A DNA stretch of 37,336 nucleotides from Octopus sinensis (lineage: Eukaryota): assembly GCF_006345805.1 (NCBI RefSeq), contig NW_021835846.1:1-37336 (forward strand), given 5' to 3'. The notes under the pieces were generated by a model that saw only the letters and a list, made by a program, of their open reading frames with translations, ran no database searches and was not told where the DNA came from. Below, piece after piece: positions 20,830 through 32,704 of this stretch (the first letter of the stretch is position 1; each line of letters starts with the position of its first letter). The position numbers and the translations under genes were made by a program.

Positions 20830-23800
20830 GCAACATGAATGACAATGGTCAGAGACTACTTGAATTTTGCACATACCATAACCTGTGCATCACCAACACA
20901 TTCTTTGCCAGCTAGACATCCCACAAGGCATCTTGGAGACATCCAAGATCTCACCACTGGCATCAGCTGGATCTCATCATTACACGAAGATCCTTTCTGA
21001 ATTCTGTTCAATTTACCCGTAGTTACCACAGTGTGGATTGTGACACAGATCATTCACTAATAAGAAGCAGGGTGAAGATTCTGCCTAAAAAAGTCCATCA
21101 CTCCAAGAAAATGGGCCGACCACGCATTAACACGCCAACAAAGCATGCAGAGTTCAGTTTTTAATTCGACGGTCATTCGGAATGCTCACAGCAGCCATAT
21201 TCCTACCGCTCTATGTCACGCTGATGAGACCCATATTGGAGTACGGGATTCAAGCTTCTTCTCCTTATCTCCTCAAAGACATACATCATCTCGAAAGAGT
21301 CCAGAAGCTGGCTACCCGCATGGTTCTTGGTCTCAAGCATTTGTCTTATGAAGAAAGGCTGTAGACGCTCGACCTTTATTCTCTAGAAAAACGACGACGC
21401 CGTGGTGATCTCATTCTTGCTCACAACATCATAAGCGGAAAGTGTAACCTCTCAAAAGAGCTGTTCTTCACTCCTGCTCCAGAGCGTGGGTTGCAGGGTC
21501 ACTCTGAAAAGCTCTATCTATGACGATTTCATCTCAATCGAAGGAGAGAGGCTTTCTCCGTCCGGGTTGAGGATCCGTGGAATAAGCTGCCGGATGAGGT
21601 AGTGAAGATGCCGACGACTGCTCGGTTCAAAGTCTCTCTTGACCAGAAATAGCCTGAACTCTTTGTATGACCACCCTCCCTGTACATAACTCCCTGTCCC
21701 CCTACATGGCCTTGCTTTTGCTTTTTGAGCCAATAAAAATTGAATTGAATTGAAAAAATACACTGCCAGAACCTCGGACCCTACAAAAATGTTTTGCTGT
21801 TTTTACCAAGTTTGCCCTCAGTAGCTGCCCAAACTCCTCTGCTGAAAGCTTCCCTGGAATTATATCGGGGAAGCTTTGTATACCACATCAATAGATACTT
21901 TCGGCATGAGAGAAAGGCAAAACCCAGATTGGTTCAGTGCTGGGCTCTCAGAGCTGGAACCAGTTATCGAACCAAAGCGTGCAACTCTGATGCAATACAA
22001 GAGTGATTCTTCTACAAAGTCACTCAAAGAACTCAGAAAGGCAAGAAATAAAACCCAACTGACTGCCAGACGCCGTGCAAATAGGTATTGGCAGGAAATC
22101 TGTCAGAGTATCCAGTCAGCTGCTGACAGTGGCGACACCTGTGGGATGTATGCCGGTTTGAGAAGGCCCTCGGTCCATCCGCAACTAAGTCAGCCCCTCT
22201 GAAATCAACTACTGGAGATCTCATGAAGGACCAAAGCAAGCAAATGGATAGATGAGTGGAGTACTACCAGGATTTCTACTCACGGGAGACCACGGTAGCT
22301 GAGTCTGCAATCGAGGGTGTCAAGATCTTGCCAGTCATGTGTGAACTTGACAGTCTGCCATCTATAGCAGAACTCACCAAGGCTATTGACTCCCTAGCAA
22401 GTAACAAGGTTCCGGGAAAAGATGGCATCCCCTTAGAGATCATCAAAACCGGCAAAAACACCATCCTGCTTCAGCACCTTCATGAGCTTCTGTATCAGTG
22501 CTGGGAAGAGAGTACAGTCGATCAGGATATGCAGGATGCCAACATCATTACGCTTTACAAAAACAAAGGTGACCGTGGTAATTGTAACAATTACCGTGGA
22601 ATATCTCTTCTAAGCACTGTTGGAAAGACCTTTGCTCACGTTATCCTGTCCAGGCTACAACTGCTTACTTCTCAAATTTATTCAGAATCACAGTGTGGCT
22701 TTAGAAGAAGCAGATCAACTATTGACATGATATTCTCCATACGCCAACTTCAGGAGAAGTCCAGACAGCAGAAAATGTCATTAGATATGGTCTTCATTGA
22801 TCTGACAAAAGCCTTTGACTTGGTAAGTAGAAAAGTCCTCTTCATCCTGCTCCAATAAATCGGATGTCCACTAAAGCTGCTGGGGATCATCAAATCTTTC
22901 CATGATGATATGCAAGACATCATACAGCACAACGGTTCAACATCAGCCGCCTTCCAAATAAAAAATGGGGTAAAGCAAGGTTGTTCCTTGCTCTTATATT
23001 ATTTGGCATCTTCTTCTCACTGCTGCTGTCACATGCCTTTGAGACATCAGATGATGGGATCTTTCTGTACCGTAGAAGTGATGGGAAACTGTTCACTCTC
23101 TCGCGTCTGTGTGCCAAGACCAAAATCAAAAGTGTCCTGATCAAGGAAATACTATTTGCTGATGATGCCGCTCTGGTATCACACACAGAAGAATCCTTGC
23201 AAAGGCTTATCAACTGTTTTGAGCAAGCATGTAGTGACATTGGCTTAGTTATCAGCCTCAAGAAGACCAACATCATGGGTCAGGCTACATTGGACATCCC
23301 AAACATACATATTGGAGACCACAGACTACAGGAAGTGGAGAAGTTTACTTATTTTGGCTCTACCGTCACCTACAACCTATCCCTTGATGCTGAGCTAAAT
23401 ATACGCATTGGCAAGGCAGCTGCTGTGATGGCCCAACTCTCCAAACGGGCATGGGACAACAATAAGCTGACCAAGACAAAAAAAATGAAGACTTACCAGG
23501 CATGTGTACTTAGCACTCTACTGTATGGAAGTGAGTCTTGGACACCATATACACGCCAAGAGCGTCGCCTAGATATCTTTCACCTGCATTGCCTCTGGAA
23601 AATCCTTCTCATCAAATGGCAGAACCATGTCTCCAACAAAGATATCCTCAAGCAAGCAGGAATACCAAGCTTGTTTGCACTCCTCACACAAAGACGTATG
23701 AGGTGGCTTGGACATGTTAGCCATATGGAAGATGGCAGAATCCCCAAGGACATACTCTATGGAGAGCTTGCTTGGGGCACTAGGTCTGTGGGAAGATAGT

Positions 23801-24172
23801 TCTTACGATACAAGGATGTTTGCAAAAGGGACATGAAGGCCTGCAACATTAATATAACCAACTGAGAAGCAGTTGCCAGCAACCGTGGAGATTGGCGACG
23901 TACCGTAAAAGAGGGAACACAAAGGAGTGACATAGAGAGAGAGGAGAAATGGAAAAACAAGAAAAGATGTCAAGAAGAAACTATGACATTACAACCAGCC
24001 AGGCAAAGTCTTTGCTACATTTGCGGCACCTGCTAGAGGGATTGTTTGTCCAGGATAGGACTACACAGCCAAAGCAGGAGATGTATTAGGACATGAAATG
24101 TAAAAGCCAGACTAGATTATTTTATGCGCAACTCCATTGTCTCCCGAGACAAAAAGGATGCCAACAACAATA
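20830..24172 (+). mobile_element. RTE-BovB-like LINE (APE C-terminal half plus RT), 5'-truncated, interrupted by a CR1-like insertion
   Basis: NGQRLLEFC..NLCITNTFF..SWRHPRSHHWHQLDLII..CDTDHSL, KVPGKDGIP, NYRGISLLS, QCGFR, FIDLTKAFD, GVKQGC, FADD (23155-23166), LLYGSESW, RWLGHV. The 3' end reads 'ccattgtctcccgagac..ggatgccaacaacaa'. Confidence 0.93.
21138..21759 (+). mobile_element. 5'-truncated CR1-like LINE nested in the RTE, with (AATTG)n tail and target-site duplication
   Basis: Homologous to 36470-37070 (LYVTLMRPILEYG..HLERVQKLATRMV). Flanked by acac-gcca (21130-21137) and acactgcca (21760-21768); removing the insertion restores the RTE reading RINTARTSDP. Confidence 0.92.
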
Positions 24173-24429
24173 TATATGGATTTCGTAGACAGGAACTGAA
24201 ACAAATCAACTGTATATATATATGTATGTATATATGTAAGTGTATGTGTGTGTCTTTGTCTCTGTGTTTCACCCTCATCACTGCTGTTCATTTATTTACA
24301 TCCTCACAACCAACTGCTTTCACAAGAACAAACTAATAGAATAAGTACCAGGCTTATCGACATAAAAAAAGCACTACGCTGTGTCTCATATTTTTGTTTG
24401 CCCACTCAGTTGTATCTATCAATTTGTAT

Positions 24430-24452
24430 TTGTATGTGTGTGTGTGTATATC

Positions 24453-24484
<32 letters not shown>

Positions 24485-24550
24485 TGTATGAATGTATGTA
24501 TGTAACTATCTATCTATCTATATATATATAAATATCATCATCATCATCAT
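24430..24550. repeat. Compound microsatellite (TG)n/(TATG)n/(TATC)n/(TA)n/(CAT)n
   Basis: Direct reading. The (CAT)n part is the tail of the adjacent minus-strand RTE. Confidence 0.9.
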
Positions 24551-25705
24551 CGTCGTTAGCGTCCGTTTTCCATGCTAGCATGGGTTGGACGGTTCTACTG
24601 GGGTCTGTGAAGCCAGAAGGCTTCATCAGGCCCAGTCAAATCTGGCAGTGTTTCTACGGCTGGATGCCCTTCCTAACGCCAACCACTCCGTGAGTGTAGT
24701 GGGTGCTTTTTACGTGCCACCCGCACAGGTGCCAGACAGAGCTGGCAAACGGCCACGAATGGATGGTGCTTTTTATGTGCCACCGGCACAAGGGCCAGGC
24801 GAGGCTGGCAATGGACACGAAACGGGGCGGTGCAGGCAACGGTCGCGAAACGGAAGGTTCTCTTACATGCCACCGGCACTGGTAACACATCTGCAATTTC
24901 CATTGATCGATTTCCATTCTGATCCTCACTTGCCTCAACGGGTCTTCACAAGTAGAGTTTCGACATGCCACCGGCACTGGTAACACATCTGCAATTTCCA
25001 TTGATCGATTTCCATTTCTGATCCTCACTTGCCTCAACGGGTCTTCACAAGTAGAGTATCGACATGCCACCAGCACTGGTAACACATCTGCAATTTCCAT
25101 TGATCGATTTCGATTCTGATCCTCACTTGCCTCAACAGGTCTTCACAAGTAGAGTTTTGTGTCCCAAGAAGGGAAGGTATGCATACGTAGGCTGGCTCCA
25201 TCCCAAGTAGAAGGCCACGGGTTATGGACTCACTTGTCCTGCCGGGTCTTCTCGCGCACAACACACTTCCAGAGGACTCGGTCTCTAGTCATTTCCTCAG
25301 TGAGACCTAAAGTTCGAAGGTCGTGCTTCACCACCTCGTCCCAGGTTTTCCTGGGTCTGCCTCTTCCACAGGTTCCCTCAACTGCTAGGGTGTGGCACTT
25401 TTCACACAACTATCTTCATCCATTCTCGCCACATGACCATACCAGTGCAATCGTCTCTCTTGCACACCACAACTGATGCTTCTTAGGTCCAGCTTTTCTC
25501 TCAAGGTACTTACACTCTGTCGATTATGAACACTGACATTACACATCCATCGGAGCATGCTGGCTTCATTTCTTGCGAGCTTACGCATATCCTCAGCAGT
25601 CACGGCCCATGTTTCACTGCCATGTAGCATGGCTGTTCGTACACACGCATCATACAGTCTGCCTTTCACTCTGTGCGAGAGGCCTTTTGTCACCAGCAGA
25701 GGTAA
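24535..25705 (-). mobile_element. 5'-truncated RTE-clade LINE with complete 3' UTR (same family as 13238-14972)
   Basis: Minus ORF RLYDACVRTAMLHGSETW..SMLRWMCNVS..RRLHWYGHVARM, a 3' UTR homologous to 14820-14972, and continuation to the catgctagcatggaaaacggacg..(GAT)n tail. Confidence 0.92.
24865..25157. repeat. Three tandem copies of a 98-99-bp unit inside the RTE 3' UTR
   Basis: Units start at 24865, 24963 and 25062 (acatgccacc(g/a)gcactggtaacacatctgcaatttccattgatcgatttc...agtagagt). Confidence 0.93.
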
Positions 25706-25708
25706 GAG

Positions 25709-25739
<31 letters not shown>

Positions 25740-25974
25740 AATAAAATTAGAAAAAAACCATCTTTTATCAATTCAAAATGAACAATTAAATTACACCCTC
25801 TAGAAAGTTACCTATAATAGAAATATTAACATTAAAATAGCAATAAAATGTCAATGATTAAGTAAATTGCCAAAAAAAAAAATAATAATATATATTATAT
25901 TGTGTGAAACTTGATTTAGTACTTCTAAATTGAATTTTTTTCCTTGTAAGTTTTGGATTTTATTTCCTCAAATA

Positions 25975-26014
<40 letters not shown>

Positions 26015-26899
26015 TAACACCCTAATGGGAGCCTTAACTCCCAAATTTTAGTAATTTCTTTTATGATCGAAAACTAGGTCAAAAGTACTGAATGAATCTT
26101 TATGAAATTTGGAAATTATATTCTATGCATAAGGGCCATAAACCCCATGACAATTCATATAATTTTGCTGTTGATGAAATTTTAATCATAGATATTAGAC
26201 ACAAATGAAGTAATATTTATAAAATTTCATCTTCTTACAAGTTAGAAAGACCCTCCATGTGGACTTAACACCCACAATTTTGTCACTTTATCTAAGCATA
26301 AATGAATACAGTTGTGCTCTTGGAAGCTGTAGGGTTACCTGAGCATAAAAGATGAGCATTATTTATGGTGAGGAATCCTACATTGGGAGTGGTATCTACT
26401 AGGGTAGGATAGCAGACTGCTTATTGTGATGATTCGTCTTTTGGTTTCCTGTAGCTTTGCTCTCTTTTACAAACCCAGTGAACATATATTTCCTATTTCA
26501 AAGAAATTCAAGCAATAGATATAAGACCAAAGTTAAAAAGATTCTCAACAATTCAACTTCTCTGGTTGACATTAAGATGCCCACCCCCAATAGGGGCATT
26601 AACTCTCACATTTTAGAGCTCTATGACCTCCACTTTTCAGGAGCAAAATCCTTTTAACAGGTTCCATAAGACTGGAATTTCGGAATATGCGCATAAAAAT
26701 CAGTAGTATGGGATACATGTGGCACAATTACAATTTTGTTTGTGTGTGTAAAGAGGGAAATAACCCTCATCTGCAATTTTGATGAAATTCGAAACATAGG
26801 TATTCCAGTTCATTACAGAAAATATAACAGAAAAGTCTAATTCTTCAATTGTGTGTAACTTGGGCAACGCCGGGTAACTCTTCTATTATATATATACGT

Positions 26900-27197
26900 G
26901 AAAGAGCACAATTCAAGCGTGATTGTTACGAACATCGACTTACTGGCACCTGTGCCAGTGGCATGTGTTAAAAGATTTGAACGAGGTCATTGCCAGTACC
27001 GCCTGACTAGCCCCGTGCTGGTGGCACATAAAAAAGCACCCACTACACTCTTGGAGTGGGTGACATTAGGAATGGCATCCAGCTGTAGAAACTCTGCCAG
27101 ATCACGATTGGAGCTTGGTGCGACCGTCTGGTTCACCAGCCCTGAGTCAAAATCGTCCAACCCATGCTAGCATGGAAAGCGGACATTAAATGATGAT
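26900..27197 (+). repeat. RTE/SINE 3' tail copy
   Basis: ggcacataaaaaagcacccactacactc..ggcatccagctgtagaaactctgcc..ccatgctagcatggaaagcggacattaaatgatgat, followed by an (ATATATATGG/GAT)n satellite-like run to about 27272. Confidence 0.85.
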
Positions 27198-27280
27198 ATA
27201 TATGATATATATGGATATATATGATATATATGGATATATATGATATACATGGATATATATATATATATATATCCATTTAT

Positions 27281-27760
27281 AAAGAGGCATTTTTCATCAA
27301 TAAATTTCTCCCCCAACTAAATATGAACACACAACTCAATACAGAACACCACTAACTCTTCAATTGAAACCACTAAACCCTATACACTTCCTACACTACT
27401 CACATCTCTAAATCCAGAACTACTTACCTCCCTTACAAATAATCTTTTTTCTCAGGAACTATTAGACCTGACACCCTTCATTAACCGGTGTTATTCAAGC
27501 GATGAATAGTTTTGCGTAAACCATCATTTGTTTTGTTCTCTTACTTTATTATCATCTTATAATCATCTCATAATAAGGACTTTTATGACTCGTATTACTA
27601 CCTCAGTCAATCTAAATGTATATATTTGTCGTTATCTGTCATAAATAGCCTTTTTCTATTTGCAATGTGCATTTTTGTTGATTTTTCTTATTTTACCCTT
27701 ACATTTCCATGTGTATTTTTTATTTTCTTTCCGTAACATATTTCTACTATCCATATATAT
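27281..27760 (+). mobile_element. Penelope-like element 3' remnant (end of GIY-YIG plus pLTR-like tail)
   Basis: Immediately after (TA)n: KEAFFINKFLPQLN (27281-27322), matching the PLE endonuclease C-terminal E..xI.k..PxLN motif. AT-rich tail ends in (TA)n. Confidence 0.5.
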
Positions 27761-27789
27761 ATATATATATGGATATATATATATTTTTT

Positions 27790-29675
27790 CATTTTTTCAT
27801 TTTATCTAGTTTCAGCTGTGGCCATGCTGGGGCACCGCCATTTGGTGTTGCTACATGATTTTACTTCACGAATGCTTTTTAGCAATTGACATTTGGTGCA
27901 TGAGAGAGTTTGATGCAGCTGCCCTTATCTGCACCTCCTGCTGTGATGTTGGTTCATCTGGGACACCTGATATGAAGTGGTCCCACATTATTTTAAAGAC
28001 ATCTGCATCCACACCATGCAGGTCTCTCAGGTCCTTCGGGAGGATATTGAAGAGCTGTGGACCTTTGAAGCCCAGGCTATCACAGTATCTTGTCCTACAT
28101 CTTGATGGCAAATTTGGAGTCCTTGGCCCTATGCAGTGGAGCCCAGTTCTAGTATTTGTGTAACTCTCAATGTGAAAGTTTGAGACAAGTCCTTCCAGGA
28201 TCTTCCAGAGGTATATTATGGCATATCTTTATCGCCTACGCTCTAAGGAATAGAGTCTTAATCTCTTGAGTCTGCTTTCCTTGAAGAAAATAACTTGCTG
28301 CCTGACACCCAACATGGTTTCCAGCCAGGAAGTAGCTGCCTAACTCGGCTCCTACAACACAATGACTGGGTACTGAAACAACTGCTCAACCACTCAAATG
28401 TGGAAGTAATATATCTCGACTTTGCAAAGGCCTTTGATAAAGTCGATCATGGAATGATATGTCACAAACTGTGTGATCTTGGCATAGTTGGGAAATTGGG
28501 AGAATGGCTTCATGACTTTTTGAAGGATAGAAGTCAGGTGGTAGTAGCCAATGGGGCCACCTCCAATAACATGCAAATAGTGAGCGGTGTTCCGCAAGGC
28601 ACTATTTTGGGACCACTACTGTTCATAATGGCCCTCTCAGACATGCCCTCATCCACGCAGGGAGCCACGATCACAAGTTATGCCGATGATACAAAAGTTT
28701 CACAGGTAATACAGAACCCTGAAGACACTATGCACCTGCAATGTGAGCTGGATGAAATATACAAATGGGCTGAAAAGAATAGCATGCAGTTCAATGCTGA
28801 AAAGTTTCAAGCTTTATGCTATCAGCATGCAAAACTAAATGCAATACTCAATAAATACACTGGACCTGGAGGGATTGCAATCCCAGAGGCACAATCAGTG
28901 TGAGACCTAGGTATTTACATGAGTAATGATGCAACCTTTCATGTGCATGTTGCTAAATTGGCAATGAAATGTAGGTGGCTGACCGGATGGATTCTTAGAG
29001 CTTTTAGAACAAGAGACCAGGAAACCATGACGGTCCTCTGGAGGACACTTGTCCTTAGCCACTTTGACTATTGCTCTCAGCTATGGTCACCAACCAGTGT
29101 CAAATTAATCACAGAATTTGAGGCAATCCAACGAAGCTACACGAAGAAGATAGCCTCTATATAGCATGTAAGCTATTGGGAAAGGCTCAAGAGATTAAGA
29201 CTCTATTCCTTAGAGTGTAGGCGATAAAGATATGCCATAATATACATCTGAAAGATCCTGGAAGGACTTGTCCCAAACTTTCACATCGAGAGTTACACAA
29301 ATACTAGAACTGGGCTCCACTGCATAGTGCCAAGGACTCCAAATTCGCCATCAAGATGTAGGACAAGATACTGTGATAGCCTGGGCTTCAGAGGTCCACA
29401 GCTCTTCAATATCCTCCCGAAGGACCTGAGAGACCTGCATGGGGTGGATGCAGATGTCTTTAAAGTAGGACTGGATCTCTTCCCGTCAGGTGTCCCAGAT
29501 GAACCAATTTCACGGCAGGAGGTGCAGACGAGGGCAGCTGCATCAAACTCTCTCATGCACCAAATGTCAATTGCTAAAAAGCATTTGTGACATAAAATCA
29601 TGTGGCAACACCGAATGGCAGTGCCCCAGCAAGGCCACAGCTCGTGAGCTGAAACTAGCTGAAAGGAAAAAAAAT
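27790..29675 (+). mobile_element. CR1-like LINE (second family), 5'-truncated, with a head-to-head inverted copy of its own 3' end
   Basis: Plus-strand RT at about 28280-29590: QHGF..SCLT, YLDFAKAFDKVDH, SGVPQGTILGPLLF, YADD (28679-28690). 27790-28270 is an inverted, visibly diverged copy of 29186-29675. Both outer ends run into (TA)n. Confidence 0.9.
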
Positions 29676-29746
29676 ATATATATGTAAATATATATGTGTA
29701 TATATATATATATATATAGATACAGATATAGATATACATACATGTT

Positions 29747-29799
<53 letters not shown>

Positions 29800-29858
29800 G
29801 CATGTGTGTGTGTGTGTGTGAGTCTGCATGTGTGTATGCGTGTGCATGTGTGTGTGTG
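29675..29858. repeat. Compound (TA)n/(TG)n microsatellite
   Basis: Direct reading. Confidence 0.92.
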
Positions 29859-29959
29859 TTAAAATGAGGTAGATTTTGTGAAGCACTTTGAGGTATGATT
29901 TAAAAAATGTGGTTGTGTAAAGCAAGAACAATACAAGAAGGTACAAATTAAACTACAAA

Positions 29960-31030
29960 TTGAAAAGGAAAAAGATCAAAGTTGCAGTTGTACCTTTTAT
30001 TTCTATATTTTGGCATGAAGACCCATTCTTCAAGAAATTCAGAAAAGTGGTGGTTGGAAAAAGTTTGTCGTGGGGCAGTGAATGAGGAAAGAAGTGACAT
30101 GTGCAGGTTGCTGTTGCTATAACAACTAGTCTGCTTTGTGTAGTTTCTTCTTGTCATTAATGGCTGGTTTCAATTTATTTATAAGGTGGGCTTCCATAAT
30201 TCTGAGATTACCCCTGTTGTGTTGTGTTGCCTTGATGGAAACTTTGAGATTCTGGCTTTAGCACTTCTTGAGGGGCTTCTTTATCAAAGTGTCTATCTGC
30301 ATTTGCTTGTTTATTCGAATGTGTAGTTTCCTAGTAGTGCTCCCTACGTAGGGTGCCCCACATTTATTGCAGACGACCTCATATACTGCATGTCATTGAT
30401 GGGGCAGTTGGTAAGTGTGCACTCCACAGTGCTCCCTTAGGTATTTTTGCTTGATAGAGCTTTCTTCAGGGATAGACTGGTGTGTACCAGCTGTATGTTA
30501 AGTCTCTCCCTGCGGATGGATGTTGGGTAGCTGCTGATGTTCTGTCATCAAAGTAGGGCAGTCTAAGGAAGCATGTTTCTGATCTGATGTTTTGGGCTTC
30601 TCTGTGTAGTTTACCCACTTTCATTATTCACAGAGGCAGTCTTTTAGCTGTGGATGGTGGATAACCGTTGTGTGCTAAGTTCCTGAGGAACCGCTTCATG
30701 CTGATGGCTTTGTCACTTACTTCATTGCATCTGTCTCTTATGCATGTTATTTAATTTTGTATGTGTGCAGTTTTGGCTCTGGTGGACCGGGCCGAATCAT
30801 AATGCATGAATAGATTCCTAGTCACTGCTTCTTTTGTAAAGATTCATGTGAATGTTACCATTCTCTGTGATCCTGATTTGGAAATCCAGCAGAGAGAGAG
30901 ATCCAGGCTTGTCTGGGTGTTCATTTTCAAATTTATGTGACTGTCAATGTAGTTGAATTTTTCATGTATGGAATTTACTCCTTCCCGTGAAGGGGTGAGC
31001 ATCTCACATTATTCCATCTTTATACAACTA
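29960..31030 (-). mobile_element. Degenerate Penelope-like element (RT C-terminus, GIY-YIG, pLTR end)
   Basis: Minus strand: LSLLDFQI..LFMHYDSA..RC..NGYP (30669-30659), VYEVVCNKCGAPYVGSTTRKLHIRI (30386-30315) and LRIMEAHLINKLKPAIN. Confidence 0.85.
29999..30038 (-). ncRNA. Decayed hammerhead motif at the 3' end of the minus-strand PLE
   Basis: auuuc-UUGAAGA-augggucuucaugcc-AAAA-UA-UA-gaaau. The 5-bp stem I is intact; the core differs from canonical by transitions (C3U, G12A). Confidence 0.4.
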
Positions 31031-31439
31031 CATTCTTTAAATACATATGTATTTATATATATATATATATATATACTTGCTGACATAACCGGTAATTCCT
31101 AGGAAAGTGGGGCTTGTCCCTTTGTTCCATTCTCATAATTGTTTTGCTAATTCAATAACAACAATACAAAGTATCAGTCTTACACAGGATCTTGCTTTTA
31201 GGAATTCCCAAATTGTGAAGTCAGTTATGTAATAACATGAAATTAATTACCCGATACCCCAAAATGGCTTTAATACATTCCCAGAGTATATAGAACTTAA
31301 GAGGAAGCACTAATAAGGTATGTATACTAAAATCATGAAGCATGTTATGTAAGGACAGGCTAATGAGATAGGAGATAATAACAATTCAAAGTAAATAACT
31401 CTGAAAAAAGCTTTTGTGCATCTGCAGAGAATATTACCC

Positions 31440-32590
31440 TCAGCGGTGCTAGTGTTTATTTCGCAAGTTGTGAAATTTGTGTTTTTGTGATCATGTTTGT
31501 GCTGTAGTTTGCAATTTTGTCATAAACTGGAAGTTGGAACCAAGAGCCAATGTGAAATTTTGCGTTAAACTTGGGAAGTCTGCTACAGAGACATTGATCA
31601 TGCTTTGGCAAGCTTACAGCGATGAGGCAATGAGTTGTATACAAAGTTTCAAGTAGTGTGGATGCTTCAAAAGTGGAAGAACATCCTAAGAAGACAGAGA
31701 GCAATCTGGGTGACCTACCATGAATGTCTGCCTGTAAAATTCATCAGCTTGTGCATGAGGATCATCTGATGACAACAACATTGCTGATGCTGGTTTGTCA
31801 TATAAGTTTATGGAGGCAATCCTAACATCTGAATTGAACATGTAGTGTGTCTTTGCCAAGTTTGTCTCCTGCCTGCTGACCACTGAACAGAAAGAACATC
31901 ATGTCAAAGTCTGCTGAGATCTCCATTGGCAGGCCACTGATGACCCAGCCTTTATGTCAAGGATCATCACCGGTGATAAGAGTTGGGTCTATGGGCACAA
32001 CCCTGAGATGAAGCAACCTCCATCCCAATGGAAGAGGCCTTCATCTCCATAACCAAAGAAGGCATGACAGAGCTGTAGCTCAATCAAGAGCATGCTCATT
32101 GTTTTTTCAACATCACCAGTATTGTGCATAAAGAATTCATCCCCCAGGGCCAGACAGTCAATGGAGAATTTTACTGTGATGTTGGGAAGCATTTGAGGGA
32201 AGACATTCGGCTAAACAACCGGATCTATTGAGCACACAGAAGTGGATTCCTCATGATGACAATGCTCCCTATCTGAGTTCCTTGCCAAAAACAACATGGT
32301 ATCACTCCCACACTTGCCCTATTTGCCAGGTTTAGCATCAGCAAACTGCCATCTCTTTGCCAAGGTAAAAATTCAGCTCAAAGGTTGCCATTTTAACTCT
32401 GTTGTCATGATCAAGAGTGAATCACAGAAAGTGCTCGACTTGCTTACAGAAAATGATCTCCAGGCCAGATTCCAATAGTGGCAGGAATGCTGGGGTTAGT
32501 GTATTGCTGTGAAAAGTGACTATTTCAAAAGCGATGTTGTTAAAACTTAAGTAAACAAGTTATTTTCTTTTAACACAAGCAGTGTATCCC
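31440..32590 (+). mobile_element. Degenerate mariner transposon
   Basis: EPRANVKFCVKLGKSATETLIML (HTH), FVSCLLTTEQK, IITGDKSWVY, HDDNAP, HLPYLPGLASANCHLF (YSPDL-like). Many stops. Confidence 0.88.
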
Positions 32591-32704
32591 AGCTTTGCCT
32601 GGGATTAAGTTAGGATTATTAAGCTAATCAAATTCTTTATTTCAAACCAAACTAAGTAACATCGATGTTATATCTGAGCGAAATCCGTTGAAATTGGTAA
32701 ACTT

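Noticed and set aside
24608-24629. Minus-strand CUGAUGA-AGCC-UUCU-GGCU hairpin in the RTE tail
   Set aside because: No GAAA or stem III follows, and other tail copies do not keep CUGAUGA.
24865-25157. Regularly spaced repeats that might suggest a CRISPR array
   Set aside because: These are contiguous near-identical 98-99-bp units without unique spacers, inside a eukaryotic LINE, with no cas genes.
29293-29946. ORFs with YIYI/HTHT/CVCV runs (also 13016-13213, 18980-19201)
   Set aside because: Translations of dinucleotide microsatellites.
32583-32604. Hairpin atcccag/ctgggat near the CR1 5' end as a possible HDV-like ribozyme
   Set aside because: I could not build the nested double pseudoknot or locate the catalytic C.
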